This document shows, in pieces, positions 26,357 through 32,000 of a stretch of 32,000 bases of DNA. How positions within the stretch are numbered: the first letter of the stretch is position 1; the number at the start of each line of letters is the position of its first letter. Where the stretch lies: contig NZ_LN831039.1 in assembly GCF_001457595.1 (NCBI RefSeq), positions 990,001 to 1,022,000 of the forward strand, read 5' to 3'. Origin of the DNA: Mycolicibacterium smegmatis (GTDB taxonomy: Bacteria; Actinomycetota; Actinomycetes; Mycobacteriales; Mycobacteriaceae). The notes under the pieces are model-generated. The model was not told where the DNA came from, did not search any database, and saw nothing but the letters and a program-made list of their open reading frames with translations. The position numbers and the translations under genes are program-made.

Positions 26357-27630
26357 AGACAATCGTTCTGGATGACGATCCCACCGGTACGCAGTCGGCC
26401 AGCGGTGTTCGCGTACTGCTGGAGTGCAGCGCGGACGCGATCGAGGAGACGCTGCGCGACGCCGAGAGCGTCTATGTGCAGACCAACAGCCGCGCACTCG
26501 CCGAGGCGGACGCGGTAGACCTCGTCCGCCGGATACGGGCAGACGGCGAAGAAGCCGCCCGACGCCTCGGCGTGGCCGTGCGGTTCGTGCTGCGCGGCGA
26601 CTCGACGCTGCGTGGCCACGTCTTCGCCGAGACCGAGGTGTTTCTCGACGACGACGCCGTCATGGTGTTCGTGCCCGCGTTCCCCGACGGTGGCCGCACC
26701 ACCCGCGACGGCGTGCACTACGTCAACGTCGGCGGCCACGACCTGCCCGCGCACGAAAGCGAATACGCCGCCGATCCGGTGTTCGGCTTCAGCACCGGTG
26801 TTCTCGTCGACTATGTCGCCGAGAAGTCAGGCCGCACAGCCGTTTCCGTTTCGCTGGCAACGGTGCGCGGTGGTGATCTGGCGACGGTGCTGAGCACCGC
26901 ACAGCCGGGCGCCGTGGTGTTGCCCGATGCCGTGGACAACGCCGACATCAGCTTGATCGCCGAGGCCATCTCCACCGCCGACGCCGCAGGCCGCAAGATC
27001 GTGGTACGCACCGCGGCTCCGGTCGCCGCCGAACTCGCCGGAGTCACGAGCCCCGGACTGCTCGGCGCACCGCTGCTCGACCGGCCGCGGCCGACGCTGT
27101 TGGTGTGCGGATCGCACACCGCAGGCGCCACCGCACAACTGGCCCCGGTGATCGACCGGTGGGGTGCACCCGTCGTCGTCGACACCGCGGGTGCCCTCGA
27201 CGATCCCGACACAGAGGGCCGCCGCGCGGCCGACCGGGTGCGCGCCCAGCTGGACGCGCGGTCCTTCGCCGTGCTGATGAGCGAACGCGACCGGTCGTCG
27301 GACCACAACACGCTGAGCCATGGCGAGCGGATCATGACGGCGCTGACCACCGCGGTGCGCGCAGCGGTGCCGCACCTGTCGGTCGTGGTGGCCAAAGGCG
27401 GCATCACGTCGGCCGAGGTCGCCCGCGCCGGGATCGGCGCCACCTCCGCCCTCGTGCTCGGCCAGATCCGTCCCGGTGTGTCTGTCTGGCAACTCGAAGA
27501 CCGCAACGGCCGCGACATTCTCTACGTGGTCGTACCCGGCAACGTGGGCGACCACGACACCCTGGTCGAGATCCTCGACGCGCTGCGCATCGGCGCCGCG
27601 GCACCGGTTGGAAGCCGACAAATTTCATGA
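26353..27630 (+). CDS. Four-carbon acid-sugar kinase family protein (DUF1537; OtnK/DtnK/DenK family)
   Basis: The GTG overlaps the MFS stop (GTGA). N-terminal IVLDDDPTGTQS motif, RGDSTLRGH, and C-terminal nucleotide-binding-like VAKGGITS...VVPGNVG. 425 aa. Only the last part of track ORF 25450..27630 is real. Confidence 0.82.
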   Translation: MKTIVLDDDPTGTQSASGVRVLLECSADAIEETLRDAESVYVQTNSRALAEADAVDLVRRIRADGEEAARRLGVAVRFVLRGDSTLRGHVFAETEVFLDDDAVMVFVPAFPDGGRTTRDGVHYVNVGGHDLPAHESEYAADPVFGFSTGVLVDYVAEKSGRTAVSVSLATVRGGDLATVLSTAQPGAVVLPDAVDNADISLIAEAISTADAAGRKIVVRTAAPVAAELAGVTSPGLLGAPLLDRPRPTLLVCGSHTAGATAQLAPVIDRWGAPVVVDTAGALDDPDTEGRRAADRVRAQLDARSFAVLMSERDRSSDHNTLSHGERIMTALTTAVRAAVPHLSVVVAKGGITSAEVARAGIGATSALVLGQIRPGVSVWQLEDRNGRDILYVVVPGNVGDHDTLVEILDALRIGAAAPVGSRQIS

Positions 27631-28439
27631 AAGCCGCACTGACCGCGGCCCGCGCGACACGAAACCCGCTGCCTGCCTTCACCTGCTACACGCTGGAGAC
27701 CGCCGTCGGCGTACTGGAAGCCGCCGAGACCGTGAGCAGGCCGGTGATCCTGTTGGTCTCCGATGCCGCGATGCGCGATGCCGCAGGTGCGCGGCTGGTG
27801 ACGGCGCTGGTCGCCGTCGCGCAGCAGGCGCGGGTGCCCGCCTGGGTTCAGCTCGACCACTGCGCCGACCTCGAGCGCATCCGTCATGCGCTCGACCTCG
27901 GCGCGGGTGCTGTCATGGCCGACGGTTCCCACCTGGACGACGCGGCCAATGCCCGGTTCGTGGAGCGTGCGGTTGCGCTCGCCGAACCGTTCGACGCAGC
28001 CGTCGAGGCCGAGCTGGGCCGCGTCGAGGGTGACGAGGACATCGACCTGGCTGTGGAGGCGGGCGCCCTGACCGATCCCGACGCGGCGCGCCGATTCGTA
28101 GCGAGCACCGGCGTGGACTGCCTGGCCGTCGCGGTCGGCAATGTGCACGGCTCCTATCGTCAACGCCCGCGGCTTGATTGGCCGCGGCTGGCCCGCATCG
28201 TCGAGGAGCTGCCGGTGGCCGTGTCGCTGCACGGCACCTCCGGCCTCCCGGCCGAGGACCGTCGCCGGGCGCAGCAGCTCGGCGTGGTGAAGTTCAACGT
28301 CAACACCGAGTTGCGGCGCGGCCACATGGCGGTTCTGCGGGACCGGATCGCCCACGATCCGGCCAGTACCGACGTGCTGGCACTCACCGCCGCCCTGCGC
28401 CGTCGGGCAGCCGAGGTCGCCGAAGAGCTCATCACCTGA
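27627..28439 (+). CDS. Class II (metal-dependent) ketose-bisphosphate aldolase family protein (FBA_II fold; GatY/KbaY/IolJ-like size)
   Basis: The ATG overlaps the kinase stop (ATGA). Motifs: PAFTCYTLE, VQLDHC, VMADGSHL, AELGRVEG, VGNVHGSY, VSLHGTSG, KFNVNTEL. These are the expected His metal ligands and catalytic Asp context. 270 aa. Confidence 0.85.
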   Translation: MKAALTAARATRNPLPAFTCYTLETAVGVLEAAETVSRPVILLVSDAAMRDAAGARLVTALVAVAQQARVPAWVQLDHCADLERIRHALDLGAGAVMADGSHLDDAANARFVERAVALAEPFDAAVEAELGRVEGDEDIDLAVEAGALTDPDAARRFVASTGVDCLAVAVGNVHGSYRQRPRLDWPRLARIVEELPVAVSLHGTSGLPAEDRRRAQQLGVVKFNVNTELRRGHMAVLRDRIAHDPASTDVLALTAALRRRAAEVAEELIT

Positions 28440-28526
28440 CTGCCTCGTCGCCCACCGGCAGCGCAGATTCGACGACTCTGCAGGCGGCGTGCGAAGTGAC
28501 GAAGAGAGCGGCCAGGTCACGCCGAG

Positions 28527-30542
28527 TCAGTCGAGGTTTCCTCCGGTGAGCATGCGCCACAGGAATTCGTAGGTCAGCGCACCCTTGAACGCGGCCTGCT
28601 TGTTGTCGGCCGCACCGCCGTGCCCACCCTCGATGTTCTCGTAGTAGTACACGCGGTGGCCCGCTGCCTCCAGCGCGGCCGTCATCTTCCTGGCGTGCCC
28701 GGGATGCACGCGATCGTCGCGCGTGGACGTGGTGATCAGGATCGGTGGATACTTCGCGTCGGCCGAAATATTCTGGTACGGAGAGTATTTCGAGATGAAC
28801 TCCCAGTCCGCCGGATCGTCGGGGTTGCCGTACTCGGCGACCCACGAGGCGCCCGCCAGCAACAGATGGAACCGCTTCATGTCGAGCAGGGGCACGCTGC
28901 ACACCAAGGCGCCGAACAACTCCGGGTACTGCGTGAGCATGACGCCCATGAGCAGACCACCGTTGCTGCCACCGGATGCGCCGAGCTGATCGACGGTGGT
29001 GATGCCACGGCGCACGAGGTCGGCCGCGATGGCCGCGAAGTCCTCGTACACCAGATGCCGGTTCTCGCGCATGGCCTGGGTGTGCCACTGCGGCCCGTAC
29101 TCGCCGCCGCCGCGAATGTTGGCCTGTACGAACGTTCCACCGCGCGACAGCCACGCACGGCCGATGCCGCCGCCGTACCCGGGTGTCTGCGCACTCTGGA
29201 ATCCGCCGTAGCCGTAGAGGTACGTCGGCGCGGGTTCGGAACGGCGTCCCACCACGAAATACGGCACCTGCGTACCGTCATTGGACGTCGCGAAGAACTG
29301 TTCGACCTCGATGCCGTCGGCGTCGAAGAACGCTGGCGCAGATTTCAGTTGCACCAGCGGGCCACCCGCCGTGCCGTACAGCAGGCGCGACGGGCTGGTG
29401 AATCCGCTTGAGTCGTAGAAGACCTCGTCGCCGAGGTGGTCGGCATCGACGACGACGGTCGACGCCACCGGCGGGATGTCGGGCGCGTCGTGACGTTCCC
29501 AGGTGCCAGGCGTGACGATCTCGATGTGGCTGACGACGTCGCGCAGCGTCACCAGGATCAGCTTGTCCTTGGTCCAGCTGAAACTCGAAAGGCAACTGTG
29601 CGCGTCGGATTCGTAGACGATCGTGAGATCACGTGCACCCGAGAGGAATTCGTCGAACTTGGTGGCCAAGAGCGATCCCGCCGGGTAGGTGACCTCACCC
29701 ACCTGCCATTCGGTGCGCAGCGCGATCAGCATCCACTCCTGGTGCAGCGACAGCGTCGAGTCGGTGGGGACGTCGATCAGCACTAGTTCGCCGTCGCGCA
29801 CCTCGTAGCGGACGCGGTTGTAGAAGTCGGTGTAGCGGCCCAGGCGCGTGTGCTCGTAGCCCGGCGTGCGGTCGACACCGGCGATGACGCGGATGTCCGT
29901 CGGCTCGGCCTCGTACACGGTCTCGGCGTTCTCCAGCGGTTCGCCGCGGCGCCAGCGCTTGGCGATCCGCGGATAACCCGACTCGGTCATCGAGCCGGGG
30001 CCGAAATCGGTGCACACCAGCAGGGTGTTCTGGTCCTCCCACGACGCCGAGGACTTCGCCTCGTCCAGGTAGAACCCGTCGGTGACGAATTGTCGTGTCC
30101 GCATGTCGAATTCGCGGGTCACCACGGCGTCGGCGCCGCCGCGGGACAGGCTGATCAGCGCCAGGGTGTACTCGGGTTCGATCACTTCCGCACCGGACCA
30201 CACCCAGTTTTCGCCGTCTTCGCGCGCCAGCTCGTCGACGTCGATGATGACGTCCCAGTCGGGTTCGTCGGTGCGGTAGCTCTCCAGCGTCGTACGCCGC
30301 CACACGCCCTTGGGGTTGGCCTCGTCGCGCCAGAAGTTGTAGAGGTACTCGCCGCGGCGCCGCACGTACGGGATGCGCGCGTCGGTGTCGAGGATTTCCA
30401 GCAACTCGCCGCGGATTGCCTCGAAACGTTCACCGCTCAGTGCTTCGAGCGTCGGTTCGTTGTGGGCGCGCACCCACTCCAGCGCGTCGTCGCCGGTGAT
30501 GTCTTCGAGCCAGAGGTAGGGGTCGTCGTCAGCCACCCACAC
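28527..30542 (-). CDS. Prolyl oligopeptidase (S9A) family serine peptidase (Rv0457c-like)
   Basis: 671 aa with a GTG start: N-terminal beta-propeller-length region plus a C-terminal alpha/beta hydrolase domain. Nucleophile motif GGSNGGLL. Asp/His in [15 protein letters not shown]. Confidence 0.9.
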   Translation of the reverse strand: MWVADDDPYLWLEDITGDDALEWVRAHNEPTLEALSGERFEAIRGELLEILDTDARIPYVRRRGEYLYNFWRDEANPKGVWRRTTLESYRTDEPDWDVIIDVDELAREDGENWVWSGAEVIEPEYTLALISLSRGGADAVVTREFDMRTRQFVTDGFYLDEAKSSASWEDQNTLLVCTDFGPGSMTESGYPRIAKRWRRGEPLENAETVYEAEPTDIRVIAGVDRTPGYEHTRLGRYTDFYNRVRYEVRDGELVLIDVPTDSTLSLHQEWMLIALRTEWQVGEVTYPAGSLLATKFDEFLSGARDLTIVYESDAHSCLSSFSWTKDKLILVTLRDVVSHIEIVTPGTWERHDAPDIPPVASTVVVDADHLGDEVFYDSSGFTSPSRLLYGTAGGPLVQLKSAPAFFDADGIEVEQFFATSNDGTQVPYFVVGRRSEPAPTYLYGYGGFQSAQTPGYGGGIGRAWLSRGGTFVQANIRGGGEYGPQWHTQAMRENRHLVYEDFAAIAADLVRRGITTVDQLGASGGSNGGLLMGVMLTQYPELFGALVCSVPLLDMKRFHLLLAGASWVAEYGNPDDPADWEFISKYSPYQNISADAKYPPILITTSTRDDRVHPGHARKMTAALEAAGHRVYYYENIEGGHGGAADNKQAAFKGALTYEFLWRMLTGGNLD

Positions 30543-30605
30543 ATTGTGGCCTGCGCGCGTAATGTGAGCTGCGTAACACCGCTTCGGAGGTACAGAGGAG
30601 TCGAG

Positions 30606-32000
30606 ATGACGGTCTTTTCCCGTCCGGGTGCGGCAGACGCCCGGATGTCATTTGAGTCCCGCTACGACAACTTCATCGGTGGTGACTGGGTGGCGCCCGT
30701 CGACGGGCGATATTTCGAGAATCCGACGCCGGTGACCGGTCAGGTGTTCTGCGAGGTGGCCCGCTCCAGCGAGGCCGACGTCGACAAGGCCCTGGATGCG
30801 GCGCACGCCGCGGCGCCCGCGTGGGGCAAGACCGCCCCGGCCGAACGCGCGCTGATCCTCAACCGCATCGCCGACCGCATGGAACAGAAACTGGAGGCGC
30901 TCGCGCTGGCCGAGGCGTGGGACAACGGCAAGCCGATCCGCGAGACACTCAACGCCGACATCCCGCTGGCCATCGACCACTTCCGGTATTTCGCATCCGC
31001 GATCCGCGCACAGGAGGGCTCGCTCAGCGAGGTCGACGAGGACACCGTCGCGTATCACTTCCACGAGCCGTTGGGCGTGGTCGGGCAGATCATCCCGTGG
31101 AACTTCCCGATTCTGATGGCGGTGTGGAAGCTGGCCCCGGCCCTGGCTGCGGGCAACGCCGTGGTGCTCAAACCGGCCGAGCAGACCCCGGCGTCGGTGC
31201 TCTACCTGATGTCGCTGATCGCGGATCTGTTGCCCGCGGGTGTGGTGAACGTCGTCAACGGGTTCGGTGTGGAGGCCGGCAAGCCGCTGGCGTCGAGCAA
31301 CCGCATCGCCAAGATCGCGTTCACCGGTGAGACCACCACGGGCCGGCTGATCATGCAGTACGCGTCGCAGAACCTGATCCCGGTGACCCTGGAACTCGGC
31401 GGCAAGAGCCCCAACATCTTCTTCTCGGATGTCATGGCCGCCAACGACGACTTCCAGGACAAGGCGCTGGAAGGGTTCACGATGTTCGCCCTCAACCAGG
31501 GCGAGGTGTGCACGTGCCCGTCGCGGTCGCTGATCCAGTCCGACATCTACGACGAGTTCCTGGAACTCGCGGCCATCCGCACCAAGGCCGTGCGCCAGGG
31601 CGATCCGCTGGACACCGAGACCATGATCGGCTCTCAGGCGTCCAACGACCAGTTCGAGAAGATCCTGTCCTACATCGAGATCGGCAAGAGCGAGGGCGCC
31701 CGCATCGTGACCGGCGGTGAGCGCGCCGATCTGGGCGGCGACCTGTCGGGTGGTTACTACATCCAGCCGACGATCTTCACCGGCCACAACAAGATGCGCA
31801 TCTTCCAGGAGGAGATCTTCGGCCCGGTCGTGGCGGTCACGTCGTTCAGCGACTACGACGACGCGATCTCGATCGCCAATGACACGCTGTACGGTCTCGG
31901 CGCCGGAGTGTGGAGCCGCGACGGGAACACCGCGTATCGTGCCGGGCGCGACATCAAGGCCGGCCGAGTGTGGACCAACTGCTACCACCAATATCCGGCG
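30606..32000 (+). CDS. Aldehyde dehydrogenase (Rv0458-like), 3'-truncated by the window edge
   Basis: Not in the ORF track because it has no stop in the window. My translation from the ATG at 30606 (GAGGAG 5 nt upstream) reads [31 protein letters not shown]...[23 protein letters not shown]...[11 protein letters not shown]...[11 protein letters not shown] (catalytic Cys)...EEIFGPV. It stays open for 465 codons to position 32000. Confidence 0.92.
   Translation, partial: MTVFSRPGAADARMSFESRYDNFIGGDWVAPVDGRYFENPTPVTGQVFCEVARSSEADVDKALDAAHAAAPAWGKTAPAERALILNRIADRMEQKLEALALAEAWDNGKPIRETLNADIPLAIDHFRYFASAIRAQEGSLSEVDEDTVAYHFHEPLGVVGQIIPWNFPILMAVWKLAPALAAGNAVVLKPAEQTPASVLYLMSLIADLLPAGVVNVVNGFGVEAGKPLASSNRIAKIAFTGETTTGRLIMQYASQNLIPVTLELGGKSPNIFFSDVMAANDDFQDKALEGFTMFALNQGEVCTCPSRSLIQSDIYDEFLELAAIRTKAVRQGDPLDTETMIGSQASNDQFEKILSYIEIGKSEGARIVTGGERADLGGDLSGGYYIQPTIFTGHNKMRIFQEEIFGPVVAVTSFSDYDDAISIANDTLYGLGAGVWSRDGNTAYRAGRDIKAGRVWTNCYHQYPA

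Noticed and set aside
30540-30566. CACATT-N15-AATGTG inverted repeat in the peptidase/ALDH divergent region
   Set aside because: Only 6-bp arms. It overlaps the peptidase GTG start, and the evidence is too weak to call an operator.
30648-31991. 447-aa minus-strand ORF at the right edge
   Set aside because: It is antisense to a clear ALDH reading frame on the + strand (ELGGKSP, catalytic Cys, EEIFGP). That frame is missing from the track only because it has no stop in the window. The minus-strand translation is Arg/Asp/Val/Gly-rich and featureless.

Overview
High-GC actinobacterial chromosomal DNA, almost certainly a Mycobacterium/Mycolicibacterium, and it looks like a fast grower. It carries groEL2/hsp65 (GGMGGMDF tail) behind two CIRCE operators. 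From memory, two gene neighbourhoods match M. tuberculosis: SDR next to groEL2 (Rv0439c-Rv0440), and a prolyl-oligopeptidase-family peptidase divergent from an aldehyde dehydrogenase (Rv0457c-Rv0458). I call 29 protein genes (one runs off the right edge) and one probable gene remnant. I saw no rRNA, tRNA, CRISPR array, transposase or integrase. Left to right: (1) a PaoABC-like FeS/FAD/Moco aldehyde oxidoreductase operon whose FeS subunit has a Tat signal plus lipobox; (2) a cupin remnant; (3) a GntR + NanT-like MFS + DHDPS/NAL-family lyase module; (4) SDR and TetR; (5) groEL2; (6) a DUF559/AbiEi-like gene bracketed by ~63-bp direct repeats; (7) PPOX-like, D-aminoacylase-family and VOC genes; (8) a Ser/Thr kinase translationally coupled to a Mce-associated-like membrane protein; (9) DinB, PAP2 and ALDH; (10) HD-domain protein and PPK2; (11) two membrane proteins; (12) a five-gene acid-sugar cluster (SAF-domain dehydrogenase, FadR-type regulator, carboxylate-type MFS, DUF1537 kinase, FBA-type class II aldolase); (13) an S9 peptidase and a partial ALDH. 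The best candidate for an undescribed system is the acid-sugar cluster at 22.7-28.4 kb. Its DUF1537 kinase is paired with partners that differ from those in the characterised tetronate and apionate pathways. Other leads are the kinase whose ectodomain resembles its downstream partner, and the repeat-bracketed DUF559 cassette. All functional calls rest on motif and family recognition by eye. No searches were run.
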